Source: Octopus sinensis (taxonomy: Eukaryota). From it: a stretch of 64,000 bases of DNA. The translations under genes were made by a program, and so were the position numbers. The notes beneath the pieces are model-generated. The model was not told the DNA's origin. It saw only the letters and a list, made by a program, of their open reading frames with translations, and ran no database searches. Shown one piece after another: positions 22,568 to 36,099 of this stretch (position 1 is the first letter of the stretch; each line of letters opens with the position of its first letter). The DNA is taken from the NCBI RefSeq assembly GCF_006345805.1, contig NW_021825821.1, forward strand, positions 248,001 to 312,000, written 5' to 3'.

Positions 22568-25500
22568 GTAATTAAATCAACTTAAATAAGACTACGAAAA
22601 TCGTTAAGTCCCAGCGGCAAGGACGCAGTGTGCGTTGCCCCGAACAATGGCCAGGCCGATGCGCTGGCGGAACCAGAGGCCCTCTCTCGAGTCCTTGAGC
22701 CTCCTCCCGATCGACTGCCCGACTTCGTTGAGAACGAGTCAGTCTCCTTTCCCGCAGCTCCAGAGGTCTCCAGGGCGATTGCCGTAACGCGGTAGCGGTC
22801 CGCGAGCGAAGAATATTTTTGTATTTTGATCTTTTCGGCGTGGTTTGCAGCCGAACAAGGGTTTGCGGCGGAAGAATGGATCCTCGATTTTGAAAAAATA
22901 TCCACAACGGTAACATCCCATACGAGGGCCTTCCCCGACGAGTACGGGAATATTGTCATCCCGTCAGGCCTTTTGCCATCTGCCCGATCGAGTCCGACCG
23001 GTTTGAGGAGGCACGAATGGCCCGCCGATTCGAGACCGGCCTTCACGATTTCATTGAGGGCCTTGTGTCTGTGTTCCCTGCCTGCGCTTCTCTTGCAGGA
23101 AAGTGGGTGCAGTCCCTTTTCGTCAACGTCCTCACCGCATCTGCAGCGGTGTTTTGCGCAAACATCCAGGCCGAGACGATGAGCCACTCCGATGCGTATG
23201 GCAACATCGTCTAGCCACGTCCCGATGCTGGAAAGAGGAAGAGCATTCAGCCAGCCGCCAGAGTGAGGGTCGGATGCCGCACGAAGGCATGCAAGGCGGT
23301 GTTGATCAAGGGTTGCCGAGAGCTCAGACACACGCGCTCGGCATGCGATAGAGTCCCAGGCACGTTGGGAGGAGCAATCTTCGGGCCTCTCAGAAAAGCA
23401 GCGATCCCAGGTAGTGAGCCCATCCGAAAAAGCACCGTCCAGGCAAGATCCGAAAGATTTGAGTAGGATCTCAGAGGCCAGGTTGTTGCACATCGAAAGG
23501 GAGGATAGATATGCCGGAAGTGCCAAATCGGATGCAGTGCGGATTCCCGCACCTCCGAATCTCAGTGGGAGCGAGCATTGGGCCCATCCCGGACCATCGA
23601 GGTAGACATTGAGGACGGATTCGGCAGTCTTTTTCAGGATTGCGTCGTATGTGGCGAGTAGGTCTATATGCAGGAAGCAGGGATTGCTCCTGAGGGTGAA
23701 AATGAGTTTCGGCAGATGAATAGCTGTTCTTCAGGAGGAAAAAGGCAGTGTGCGAGTCCAAGATATAAAGATTTGTTGAAAGTCTTTGGAAGTGTTCGGC
23801 TTTGGCGGAAAGCATGCATTGGAGCTTTGGGGTAACGTTCGCGCAAGATAGGGTTGCTCTGAAGCGGGCCACAGCGGATCGGAAGTCGGCCCCCGAACAC
23901 GAGACATTAATGATCTCGGTCTTCTTCGCGTTGACCGAGAGGCCGAGGGTAGCCAGTGCTGGTACGATGTGTTCGACATCCCGAATAACCTGGTCAGCAT
24001 GGCCACCCAATGTGGCATCATCAAGATACCACAGATTGAATTGAGAGACAGCAAGTCGAGCTGCCTCATCGATTGTCATCGCGAAGAGGAGTGGCCCTAG
24101 CGGATCACCCTGTTGCACGCCGGTCTCCGAACGGATGATCTCATTCCCGTATACAAGACTGCTCTCCGAGCTGTAGGCAAGCAAGCAAGACAAGATTGAT
24201 TATTTCTGGTGCTCTTCGAGCGCATGTTTCCAAAATAGCATCGCGGCGCACGCTGTTGAAAGCGTTGGTGATATCAAACTTCACAGCGATAAAATCGGTA
24301 GTAACTCGTTGGCCCATGTAGAAGAAACCCCTGGTGGCGTGAACGGCTCCTTTGCAGCCGCCACGCACACCAACACCGACTTGCGTAGGCGAAAGCTCGG
24401 CCCCGATTCTCGTTGCAACCCTTCTGGCAGCGACTTTGCCGCAGAGCCTTCTGAAGTAGTTGCCAACCGCAGTTGGGCGGACACCTCCGTCCGGTTTTTG
24501 AAAAGCGTGAAGGTGGGCAGCGAAAAAGAGATTCCTCGCGAAGAGGGGGATCCTTCCGTCGATGATCCTTCCGACCAGTTTCGTGATTGAACACAAGAGC
24601 CGAGAGCCGGATTCCCCGGTGATCGCAGAAGTCATGTCCTTGATATGCCCCGGCCGAAGGCCGTCAATTCCCCCGCTGCTGCTTGCTCCGAAAGATCTGA
24701 TTCCCGACAGAACTTCTTCCTCAGTGATGATCATCGGTGTGGGGCTTCGGGGGAGAGTCCAAGGCCTTGGGTCTTCAGGGGCCGGCGGATGCTTTGACCT
24801 CAGCAGAGTTGATGTTCTGGACGTACACTCGGCAACAGAGTCCCCGGAGCACAAGACTCGGAGGGCAGCTCTCACGTCTCCTTCGAGGAGCTTTCGATTC
24901 ACCCGATCGATCATCCTGGCGTCCTGTCCGATGCCATTTTCGCATAAGCCGGACTTCCTCTGAGAGGAGGGAAGAGGGAAGGGTAGGACGAGATTGTCGC
25001 ATTCCTCGCCAAAGGAAACTGCCCGAGACTTAATTGCGGACGAGATTCCCTTGCCGCGATTGGCCGGCTCGTGCATGTTTCCAAGGACGAGAGGTGCAAA
25101 CAGGACGATACGTAACCACGGGAGGTCTTCTTCGGAACTGAGTGCTTCTGAGATAATTTCTTCGAGGCAGGAAGCGGCCGTCAGGCGAGCTTGTTTGGGG
25201 ATACGGAGAGGGATGTCTCTTGTGCCACGAAGAGAGGACAGGGACAGAATAAATTCCTCAGTCGAGAGATTGTGGGGGGTAGTAGTACGAGAGGGTCGCC
25301 GATTTGGCCCAGCGCCCTTTGAGTTGAAGAGGCAGCGGGCACAGTGCCATGCGCCCAAGGCACTTGCAGTCGCTTTAGACAAAGATACACAGCTCAGGTG
25401 GAAATGGGCATCACAGAGGGCGCAGTGGATTCCCCGTTTGCGGGGGTTTGACACGAGGCACGACTGACATACTGTCGGGGAGCGAGTGAACTGTTCAAGT

Positions 25501-25788
25501 TTTTTCATAGTTCGATTTTCTTCAGAGTTCGTCATATATTTCACACAGATCGAAAAGCGTTTAAAAACAACGACAACGACAACAACGCACGTTGGAATCG
25601 CCTTTGATTGTTGTACCACGCCGAAAAGATCAAAATACAAAAATATTCTTCGCTCGCGGACCGCTACCGCGTTACGGCAATCGACTTTGATTGTTGTACC
25701 ACGCAGAAAAGATCAAAATACAAAAATATTCTTCGCTCGCGGACCGCTACCGCGTTACGGCAATCGCCTTTGATTGTTGTACGGTTGT
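22568..25788 (-). mobile_element. Near full-length CRE-clade RLE retrotransposon with an N-terminal PHD finger, frameshifted
   Basis: C4HC3 PHD; GIDGLRPGH, NAFNSV, GVQQGDPLGP, YLDD, CRCG..HPLSC and KRPDG..WDVT motifs; candidate TSD ATTATTCTAAT at 22557-22567 and 25789-25799. Confidence 0.9.
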
Positions 25789-25790
25789 AT
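25596..25790 (+). repeat. 83-bp tandem repeat holding an inverted copy of the CRE endonuclease-coding segment
   Basis: TTTGATTGTTGT recurs at 25603, 25686 and 25769; the intervening ~70 bp is the reverse complement of about 22775-22843. Confidence 0.85.
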
Positions 25791-25919
25791 TATTCTAATT
25801 AATTCCGAATTATGAGTCCTTGTTCTTAAGTTTCCTTTGATTGTTGTGCGGTTGTAAAAATGCTAGCAAGTTCGTGAATTCCTCAATGTACTTATTATTT
25901 TTTTGAATTGTATAAAAAA

Positions 25920-26600
25920 TAATAAAGATTTTCTAACTCGTACATATAACTCGTAATTAGACTTGTGACTATTTCATTATTGAAGATAATGTAAAACCCT
26001 TATCTTTGATATGAAAACATGGAGTTGCTCTCCAAAAACTTTATAACATCAAGCGACATTACAAAACTTGTCATTGCAATAAATTCAGCAAAGTTACAGG
26101 AGAACTACGCTTACTGAAAATTAATAGACTCGATGACAATTGCCAAATGCAGACATCTTTCTTTAATTTGAGTTGTAAAAATGACGATATCACTCGTACT
26201 AGTTTTAAAATTTCAAAGATAATTACAAAACAAATGAAACCATTTACAGACGGCGATTATATCAAAGAATGCCTAATTGCATTAGCAGAAAATTTATTTT
26301 CTATCAAAAAAATTTTGAATCTTGAACTGCACGATAAAAATAGAAGAAATCGTTGGATTTAAATTTCTCTTTAAAAAACGTTTTTGTAAATTTTGATTAT
26401 TTTTCAATAGTATTGACAAAAAAAATATTTCTCAACTTGCCGTATTTGTTCAAAGGCTAACTGATACATTCCAATTTTTAAAAAATTTATCGGGTTCATT
26501 TCAATGATGGGCAAAGTCAGACGTCTTCAGACATTTAATGCAACTTTTAACAAAATCCAATCTCCCAAATTCAAAATTTGTTGGAATTACGACAGATGGG
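25920..26600 (+). mobile_element. Degenerate hAT transposase (GTF2IRD2/SPIN-like) fragment
   Basis: MKPFTDGDYIKECL and GITTDG motifs. Confidence 0.7.
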
Positions 26601-26649
26601 GGTTCTTTTATACTTTATAACCAAAAGGAAACAATTACATTATTCTGTC

Positions 26650-26930
26650 TGGATTCTATCGCAGTGGAAAACAGAGTGAAGGCATATATCCAAACACTCG
26701 TTTTAAGAAAAACATTGGAAAGTATGCAGGTGGAGACAAGACATGGAATATCGGTTCCCGAAGAGGAGCAAGCAGTGATTAAGTGTCAACCGAAGGATTC
26801 TTCTGAATCAGCAATACGAGTGGACGAAGACCTCTATGTACCGACTATGATAGTTGGGTATAAGAGACGAAGATTGTCCTAAAAAAGTATAGATGCTTAA
26901 AAAATGCTATTATAAATTTTTATTACTCAA
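26650..26930 (+). mobile_element. 3' end fragment of an R4-like element
   Basis: AYIQTLVLRKTLESM matches the C-terminus of ORF 4534-7842. Confidence 0.7.
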
Positions 26931-27249
26931 TAAAATTTCGACATAGTTTAATAATTGTATTATTCATCAAAAGGCTTTGATTGCTAAATCAGTCAAATTC
27001 GGTAAGACACTACTGTTAATGTAGTTTTTTTTCAACTGATTGATTTTTGTACAAGTTAATGTAGTTAATTTTATTTTATCCCGTGGCTTAAATTATCGGA
27101 ATTTCAGGCAATTTTTAATGGATACTGAAGCAGAATATCAAAATCTCTTATTTTTTGACTAAGAGATTATTTAAGCAGAGGGAAGTACAGTTACAGAAAG
27201 GAAATATCACGCATTTTGTGCATTTTCCAACCACAAATTCATTTTAAGA

Positions 27250-27420
27250 CATTTATTGATGACCAAAGAACCAGGGTAAACCAGTTAATTATAATCCAAT
27301 TAATCACCAATGCACTTCGCAGGCGACGGAGTTTCTTCGGAAGGGTTCGATCCTGTCAGATGATCGACCTGAGACGACGATGTCTCCCAGGGTCCGATGT
27401 TCATGAAGATGCAAACGTAT
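27250..27420 (-). mobile_element. LINE 3' end fragment, same family as 48698-49116
   Basis: Reverse complement shares GACCCTGGGA..CATCGTCGTCTCAGG.CGATCAT..CAGGATCGAACC and ATTATAATTAACTGG with 48975-49085. Confidence 0.55.
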
Positions 27421-27459
27421 TTATAAAATAGAGATTACAATTTTTATTACTGTTATTTA

Positions 27460-28010
27460 TTATTCTATTGATATGCGTTGGAAAAGCCATGTCCGTTCCC
27501 GATGATCATTTCTCCTTCTGCTTGCTAAATCCTCCAGTTTAATAAGGAATTTTTTACCGAGGACTCCCGATGTCTCCACTGCGATCGGGGCAAAGATATG
27601 GCGGTGAGATAATGCACTGTATTTCTTGATTTTTAGCGTTTCGGCCAGGTTAGCTGCGGAGCCCGGCTCTGCGGCTGACGTAAAGATGTTTCCGGCAGAG
27701 AAGGTGTCTGTGCAAGTTGCGTCCCAAAAGAGCGACTTGCCATTTTCGAAGGGGAAAGTCGTTAGGCCGTCAGGACGTTTACCATCCTCCGAACCAGGCC
27801 GACCGGTTCCAACTGTGATGGGAATCCGGCAGTTTCGAGGGTCCGCTTAACTATGTCGTTCAGGGCAGTGTGTCGGGGAAAGCGTCCGGAGCTTCTCTGG
27901 CACGATAATGGGTGCAATCCAAAGGGGTCAACAGTCGATCCACAGCGGCACCGGTGTTCTCGGCATACGTTTAGTCCCAGGCGCAATGAGACGCCGCTAT
28001 CAATAGCCAT
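27460..28010 (-). mobile_element. CRE-clade 3' fragment
   Basis: [36 protein letters not shown] and WDATC motifs. Confidence 0.8.
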
Positions 28011-28904
28011 CTTGCGTGGGAATTGCCATTCCATCTTATCCTCTGCTGCTAAATAAATACTAAATAACAGATTCAAAAAAAATAATAAAAATCAAAAAAA
28101 TAAATAAATTTAGAACATTTTTATTACTTTACGTGAATTTAAGAGTAAAATGTTGTTTTATTAATTTTCCAGGCTCATAAAAATGTTTTCTCAAAATAGT
28201 GTCGCGATTTGCATACATTGCGTGTGCTTAATGAACAAAAAGTAACATCAATGGACTAATGAAAATTACCACTAATGAAAAGACGCACTGATCATTTAAC
28301 GTGTTCTTCCTCACTGACTGTCGTTGATTTTTGAATTGTGATTAAATGAACTACCAGATTATCCAGCTGCACAATTAAGCCATTATTGGTGATAAATATG
28401 CAGTTTGATTTGCATTTTAATGAGGATGACTGATTCGCATTTTGATGATATGTTACTTTTAGGAACTAGTGAGATTAACTTGGATTTTTATTACAAAACT
28501 AAATTTATTTCATTGAAAATTCAATATTTTTTGTCGTTTTTCTCGTTTTGCCTGCATCACATAAAAATAAAATTTTGACTCGCGAAGCCAAAATTGGTTT
28601 AGAGTAAACCAGGCACTGATCGGTAGGGTACGTTGAATATCTTTTCTCTTACTGAAATGAGCTTTACAAATACAGCCTCTTCTTACTGAAATGAATCCAT
28701 TCATTAGGTCGATCGTGGGTAGAATTCTTTAGGAAACAATTATTTTCCAGACGAATGGGCATATAAATAGGATCCTTTTAGAGATTTCAATGTTAGTTTC
28801 TAGCACCTCAGTCCCATTTTTCTCTGCGGTCCTGCACATTAAATAAATATTATTTTCAAAGTTAATATAAAACAATATGTAAAAATGACAGTTTTAAAGT
28901 AATT

Positions 28905-29220
28905 AATTAATTAGCTTAATCTTCTCTTTTTGGGCCCATAATACAGTGACCGTATGGGTGTGTTCTCGTCGAAACACACTCCACATTCTGAGGCTGCCCT
29001 TGGTTGACATTCCGTGTCAGCTTTCTCCTCACTAGGTATCGATATACCATGCCTCTCTTCAGCCTGCATGCTCTCCAGTGTCTTCCTCAGAACCACTGTC
29101 TGAATATATGCTCTCACTCTTTCTTCCAGCTTGAGGACATCAAGATGACTCTTGAAAAATCTTCAACTTCGACCTGCTTGAGGCAATTTTGCGAAGTAAT
29201 CTCAAAGTTAATAAAATAAG
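28905..29220 (-). mobile_element. R4-like 3' end, internally deleted near-copy of 33460-33870
   Basis: YIQTVVLRKTLESMQAEERHGISIP..PKKRRLS* shared with 33465-33797. Confidence 0.8.
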
Positions 29221-29307
29221 CAATATTTTTAATTAATTTAATTACATTTTATTTAAACAACATTTATATTCACGAAATTATTCAATAAATTCCTTAATTA
29301 CCGACTA

Positions 29308-30999
29308 ATGTCGCATAGCTGCATAGATGGTAATATATTCAGAGTTAATCCGCAGACAAAACAGATTGTTTTCAGCCAATAAACACAACAATTCTCTCGC
29401 TTAACGACGTTTATAACCGCAAAACAAACCAAATAAATATCCAAGTCTTGGAAAAACACCTTTTTTCCCAAGGCCGACTCACTCCCGAGGCTGTAATTAA
29501 AATAGTGTCCATGGCAACTCTCCTTTTTAAAAAAGAGTCGAATGTTCTGGATATTAGTTCCGGTCCTATTACTAGTATCACTCTCCCCATATTTTTAGCA
29601 AAATAGTCTGCGGAGACATTCATGGGCAGTACTATGACCTCATTAAGCTATTCCAAGTCGGGGGAACTGCTTCTAACAACAGGTACCTCTTCCTGGGGGA
29701 CTACGTCGACCGAGGATTCTTCTCAATCGAAGTACTTTTTATAACTAGTCCGTTAGTGTGTCCTTCATCTTTGGTCGTTAAAGATAAATAAGCCAAATGG
29801 AATATTTCTCCTCAGAGGAAATCACGAATGTCGGCATCTTTCTGACTTTTTCACTTTTAAGAGAGAATGTATTAAAATCCTCAAAAATCGTTTTAGGCCT
29901 TTTAAAATACAACCAGGAAGTGTATGACGCGTGTATGGAATCGTTTGACTGGCTTCCGCTTGCCGCGGTCGTCCATCAGCAGTTTCTCTGTCTTCATGGC
30001 GGGCTTTCTCCGGATATAAAAACCCTCAGAGATCTGAAATTGGTTCGTATTATTCAGTTTATGCATCAAAATACGAATTTGTGATGTTCTAGATTGAGAG
30101 GGCAAGGGAACCTCCTTCTGCGGGTCCCCTATGTGACTTGCTGTGGGCAGACCCTCACGAGAATTATGACGACACCACTTCCCCTGCCACGTTTACTTGT
30201 AATGTTCTTCGAGGGTGCTCATATTCGTTCTCATTTAACGCTTGTTGCAAATTCTTGAACCGAAATAATTTGATTTGTCTTATAAGAGCTCACGAGGCTC
30301 AGGATGCTGGGTTGTCGGATGTTTTTTTGATTTAAAGTTATCGGATGTATGCCAAGAACCCCAAAACGGACTTTCCGTCGTTGATAACCATATTCTCAGC
30401 TCCCAACTATCTCGATGTGTACGGAAACAGAGCTGCTATTTTAAAATACGAAAACGGAGTTTTGAACGTACAGCAGTTCAAGGCCAGTCCTCATCCTTAC
30501 TGGCTCCCCAACTTCATGAACGCCTTGACTTGGTCCCTGCCCTTTGCTATCGAGAAAGTAAGCGAAATATTGGTCCAAATGCTCAACGTGTGCACAGAAG
30601 ATGAATTAGTCGAGGAAGACCCTTCAATTTGTATTTTTGTGTTGAAATATATTCTAGTGTCGAGTACTCTTCGGAAAGATGTGATCAAATCAAAGATCAT
30701 GGCTGTTGGTAAGATGGCTAACAGTTTTTCTGTTTTGCGGTATTTTTATGTTAATTTATTTTTAGAAATGAAAGTGAATGTATTCTCCAATTGAAGGGAC
30801 TGACTTCGGACGGTCTCCTCCCTCAGGGAACGCTTTCTGGTGGTCGTACGGGAATTAAAGAAGGTTTTTTAGTTAGTCAAAAACTGAAGCTCTTGCCAAA
30901 CTCGGATTTGATGAATGTCCTAAATTTAATTTTGAGGAAGCGAAAATGATTGACAAAGTAAACGAACGATTCCCCCCTCCGCGGACGGATAAACATTAA
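29308..30999 (+). CDS. PPP3CA: Calcineurin A catalytic subunit (PP2B), 9 introns of 25-50 nt
   Basis: [47 protein letters not shown] and the autoinhibitory [16 protein letters not shown]. Confidence 0.95.
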
Positions 31000-31257
31000 T
31001 TTAGTAGCTTTAGGACTAACGTGACGATTTATAATTAAATAATAACATTTTTCATTGAAAAGGAACCAATTGATTATGGTTATTGTTTAGATCGATTTAT
31101 TTTGTTATTGTTTATTTGATATTTACACATTTTGAACGATTTTTATTGGAATATAAAATAGCAATTATACATTGAATTATATTATAATTGCAGATTACAA
31201 AGAAATTATACTCTTATTTAATAAATCTCTTATGCTTTAAAAGTTTGACCCAGGCAT

Positions 31258-32070
31258 TATTTTCTTATCCTTGCAGACGACCTGATTATCGCTGCAAGAG
31301 ATAAATCTCCTTCTGTGGCTGTTGAAATGGTCCAGTCGCACCTCAACCGTGTATGTGATTGGCTATCTGCAAACATTTTGTGTGTGTCTGCATCTAAATC
31401 CCAATTCACCCTCTTCACTACTGATAGAAGATTCAAGAATGGACCGGAACTATTCATTGGAGACAAACATATTCCCTCTTCGCGTACCCAAAAGATCCTT
31501 GGCGTAGTTTTTGACTCCTTAATGACGTTTTCAAGTCACGTGGAGGAGGCCCTTGCTAAAGGTCTTCGGAAGTGGAACGTCTTGAAAGCTCTGTTAAAAA
31601 AGAGTCCCTTCCCCCTGAAAGATTGTGTCAGCAAGGTCTACCAACAAGTGATTGCCCCGACGGTTGAATATGCCTGCTCAGCCTGTAGGTTTGCAATTGC
31701 TTGTTCGAAAGCAGAACGTTTGAACTCACTCAGAAGGAAGATTATGCTCCACACTGACACCTCAGTTGGCAGGTTTGTTTCCGAGGAGGCGACGCGGAAG
31801 AATGGACAGGGTTTCCTACGTTTCTGCAAGGAACTGGGAGACCCATTAAAGGAAAAGGTGGCCCATGCAGAGGAATTTCGGTCGGTTATAAAGAAATGCA
31901 CTTCGATTGAGTTCCTCTGCAGAAGGAAGAGAAGGCGTTTCCGGATTACGGTTGGGTCATCAGAAGATCATGTAAGGAGAGTCCGACTGTTGTTGGAGGC
32001 AGGGATCATCTAATTAGTTAGTTCTGACCTATCTTTCTTGGTGATCTTGGAGTCAATAAATAATAAATAA
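31258..32070 (+). mobile_element. 5'-truncated LINE RT fragment
   Basis: LADDL and KILGVVFD motifs; (AAT/AATA)n tail; related to the 1-980 element. Confidence 0.8.
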
Positions 32071-32077
32071 TGTACAA

Positions 32078-32954
32078 CAGAGATTCTCAACCGTAGCACA
32101 ACGAGCCACATGAGGCCCTTTTTAGATTATAAAGATATAAGTTAAGTCAAGCCATATTCAGCCAATTCCGGCTATTGGCAATTCTATTGATCAAATTCCT
32201 CCATACATTCTTGTCCCTAACAAGCTCTACAATCTCCAAAAGTGATGTCAAGCTATTTTAACGACTTTTGAAGTTCAACTTAATTTGTATCTTTCTTTTT
32301 CCTCTTTCCACTAAACGCAGAAAGCAGATTTTCTTTTCTATATCATCCCTTCTAAGCACTTGTTTCAAGTATGATAATTGCTGTTTCCATATTTTTGCCA
32401 CAAGCGACAATGATAGTTTAATTTTTATAAAATCTTTATCATTTAATACTTTCTCGTATCAATTTACTTTCAAAAGTTTACGCCAGCACGATAATTTCAA
32501 TAAATCTACTCTACTGCTGTCTGCTTTGAACAAATGCAGCAATTTACAATGATATAGGAAGACTAGAAACACAATCGTGATGAACAGTCTTATCTATGTT
32601 CTGAGACAGACATTCTTGCTATTCTACATCCAATACAGTTTTATTACCGTACTTTTTCAAATAGCCATCTGCCTATTGATTTCCGAGATACAACCACCAT
32701 CTCAAGTTATCAGACTACCCAAAAAGATATTGCTCTCACCACATTCTATTTCTCCTTTATTGACAATAACTCTCATTTTCCAATAAATATACACATATTT
32801 CAAATATTCTAACTACTCTTTTTATTTTAAACAGTTTTTGCATTAAATTTTGATTAATATTCTGTGTGAAAGCACAAAACATGTTTAGTTCGGGCCGCAA
32901 AGGAACTCTTAATAATCAATTTGGCTCTTGAGCTAAAAAGGTTAAGAACTCCTG
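32078..32954. mobile_element. Degenerate hAT element
   Basis: Imperfect TIRs CAGAGATTCTCAACC / GGTTAAGAACTCCTG. Confidence 0.55.
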
Positions 32955-33028
32955 ATTTATACCAGTAAAAAACTTAAGTGACATTTCTTTTTTCAATAAT
33001 TGTTTACTCTTTATACATAAAAGTAAAT

Positions 33029-33364
33029 GTTTGTTTTATTAATAAAAGACAAAGAGAAAAATGGTCATTGGCAGATAGCCAGAGTATTGCCTCTGACTAT
33101 GGCTATAGATATTCGTTCGGTTAAATACCGGTGCTCAGACGGGTCGCCTGTAACCCTTTCGATTAGTGAGCCAATCCGCTGGAGTAGGGTCCGAGTAGAA
33201 GGCCCCTGTATTCCTGACATCTCAACAACACTCTGTCATTCCCAATTCCAGCGTATTTCTCATCCTTCCTCTTCTCAGCCCGTTCAGACGGGGCTCCCGA
33301 ATTTTCGATACACAACTTGATATTCTGATTGGAAAAGGATTTCACGCACATGACGTCCCAAACT
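33029..33364 (-). mobile_element. CRE-clade 3' fragment with a 9-bp TSD
   Basis: WDVMCVKSFS..AEKRKDEKY and ERISIAIVRGN; AAAGTAAAT at 33020-33028 and 33365-33373. Confidence 0.75.
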
Positions 33365-33459
33365 AAAGTAAATTATATGGGGAATGAGTATAGTGAGATT
33401 AGTGTTACTAGTCGGGTATAGTATGTTATGTAAAGTTTTATTTAAAATAAACACAAGTA

Positions 33460-35170
33460 ATTAATTAGCTTAATCTTCTCTTTTTGGGCCCATAATCCAG
33501 TGACCGTATGGGTGTGTTCTCGTCGAAGCACACTCCACATTCTGAGGCTTCCCATGGTTGGCATTCCGTGTCAGCTTTCTCCTCACTAGGTATCGATATA
33601 CCATGCCTCTCTTCAGCCTGCATGCTCTCCAATGTCTTTCTCAGAACCACTGTCTGAATATATGATCTCACTCTTTCTTTTAGCTTGAGGACATCAAGAT
33701 GACTCTTGAAAAATTTTGAGACAATTCCATCCCAGATCATTACAACAGGGATTACTTTCACTTTTGCGTGATAAATTGCTTCAAGTTCATTTGCCAATAA
33801 GTCATATTTGTGGAACTTCTTAACTTCGACCTGCTTCAGGCAATTTTGTGAAGTAATCCCAACTTCGATAAGAGTAATTTTATTCCTTATTTGTCACGAA
33901 CAAATATATCAGGTTTGTTATTCGCCACAGCTGTATCCGTACTAATCGTAGTATCCACACGAATCTCCACAAATTCATTGCTAACAACAGATTGAACTGA
34001 GTGTGTCTTTAGTTTCTTAGTTTTCCTTATTCCATATTGACGACAGAGATATAAGTGAATACATCTGACTACTTAGTTATGCCGTCTAAGATATGAGCTA
34101 TTCAGCATTCTCCCGCACCTAGTTGCAAAGTGATCAACTGTTTTTCTTGCCGAGTTACAATGCGTTCACTTATTTTTCTATTATCAAAAAACATGTTGCG
34201 GTCCTGAAGTAGACAGTCTCCCTTCAGTCATGGGGGAATGATTTCCATTAACCAACCATCCAGAAGATTCACAAACATTTACTTCCGTGTCATTTAGACA
34301 TTGAAATAAGATAGAGTGCATCTGCTTTTTTTCAATTTCTTTAAGCAGATATTCATGCTGTATTTCCATCAATGTCGACATTGTCAAATCCTTTGCAATC
34401 TCAATGTTGTACTTTCTGGAAATGAATTCTATGATAGTGGCCATGTGTGTTTTCTTTGAATTAATGACCGTAGAATTCCTGCTCTTCCAGGCAATAATTT
34501 GCCTTATGTTCTAAGTCATTATAAAATTGGAGAAGCATCCGTTCAGCTTTATTACTAACAGACTCCATGCCTCTTCCAAATTTATTTTTTGGTAGATAAA
34601 ATCTTTCTTTGTTTGCGTGTTAGAAATGTATACGTCTGTTCATAAGAATTCGGCAAATATTCTTATCAATCTGCTCAAATTCTCCAGGCTTAACATCAAT
34701 CAATAGTTATAAAGTGAGATTGCATATTCATTTATCCCTTTAAACAGGTTAACTGAGTTTAAATCAGTTTTTGTCAAATTTTCAATACGCGTAGATGCTT
34801 CTTTATTGATTTTATTAATAATTTCTTCTTTAAGGACATTACTGTTCTTATCCTCAAAGACTCCCAAATATTGATATCCATCCAATCCATCAAGAAGACG
34901 GGCTTTGCCAGACAATAACTTTACATTTGTTGCGGATTTTTAAAATTTCTCTCCAGCCCAGCTGCATAAAAAACAAATCCACTTCTTCCATCATCATAAC
35001 TATAGAATCACTATGGTGAGAAAACAGTTTTATATCATCAATAAAGAGGAGGTGATTAGTTGCATAAGTGGGTTCCCCATTTCCTGGAGTCCCCATCGTT
35101 ATTTTCGGAAACTTTCCATTCAGCAATCGACTTAGAGGGTCCTTTAACAAAGCAAAGATCTGCGGTGATG
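33460..35170 (-). mobile_element. Degenerate R4-like retrotransposon (RT to RLE)
   Basis: TNHLLFIDDIKL, YLGV, LNSVNLFKGINEYA and NKPDIF motifs with many frameshifts. Confidence 0.85.
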
Positions 35171-35254
35171 TATATCTAGATTGAGATTATATTACAAAAG
35201 TATTCTGTCAGACTGGACTGTACAGGTCAATAAAATGTGTTATTATCAGTATTT

Positions 35255-35344
35255 TACGTTGTAATATTGTAATACTTAAAGAAGAAAAAAGTAAGCGATT
35301 GGGTGGCTAAGGGAATTGTCGAGAGCCTGAGGGTCAGCTCAACG
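35255..35344 (-). mobile_element. Ultra-truncated CRE 3'-UTR insertion with a 13-bp TSD
   Basis: 35281-35346 is the reverse complement of about 44440-44503; ATTATCAGTATTT at 35242-35254 and 35345-35357. Confidence 0.75.
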
Positions 35345-35535
35345 ATTATCAGTATTTGTCATGATTTTTATTTATTTATGATTGAACTCAAGGTGAATTA
35401 TTTTATACAAATGACGTGTGGGTTATTAATATTTTTAATTTATTTTAAATTAGAATATGTTTAATTTGTTATAATTAGGATAACCTCGTTGGGAATAAAT
35501 ATTTAACTAATTAGGACAACTTAGTTGGGAATAAA

Positions 35536-36049
35536 ATGCTAGTATTAATTCCTGTGCTATTTTTAAATATTTTAACTGATCCAATATCGTTCAAATATTG
35601 TGGGGGAACTGCAAATATAACATATATTGATATCTCAAATTGTAATAAGAAATCATGCAATGCTTTCAGAAATGAAAATATAAAAGCTAAAGCTAAGATA
35701 ATTTTTGGTATATAAATGTATTTTATTTCTAGCGGAAAAGCATGATGTGCTTTATTCAGAAATTCACACAAAACATAATTTTGAAGTGATGAAAAGGCAC
35801 AATTTATGTCAGCTTATTGAATCCGGATGTCCAGTTTTAAAAAATCAAAAAATAATAATTAGAAGGTCAAAAAAACTGCCATTTTACTTTCCTTTTGTAT
35901 TCTAATTAATTTATTTTAATTAGGGATTTACAAGTACACTAGTTTGGAAAATTTTTGATGAAAAAAAACTAATTTCATGTGCGAAATTTGATATTAATTG
36001 CACCACACCGCCAAAAAATGTAATTAATGTCAAAATCAGGGTCAACTAG
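35536..36049 (+). CDS. NPC2/ML-domain lipid-binding protein, copy 1 (3 exons)
   Basis: Signal peptide followed by FKYCGG..SNCNKKSC..LC..SGCPVLK..VWKIFD..ISC, a six-Cys ML-like pattern after removing two micro-introns. Confidence 0.7.
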
Positions 36050-36099
36050 TTACCATTCGTTAACATAAATTAATTAATTCATAAAGGAAAAGGACTTTA

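Noticed and set aside
22826-25467. Many plus-strand ORFs over the CRE element
   Set aside because: Antisense shadows of GC-rich retrotransposon coding sequence.
28100-28760. Tc1/IS630-like transposase remnant on the minus strand
   Set aside because: Only faint motifs (QLDN..H); too degraded to call.
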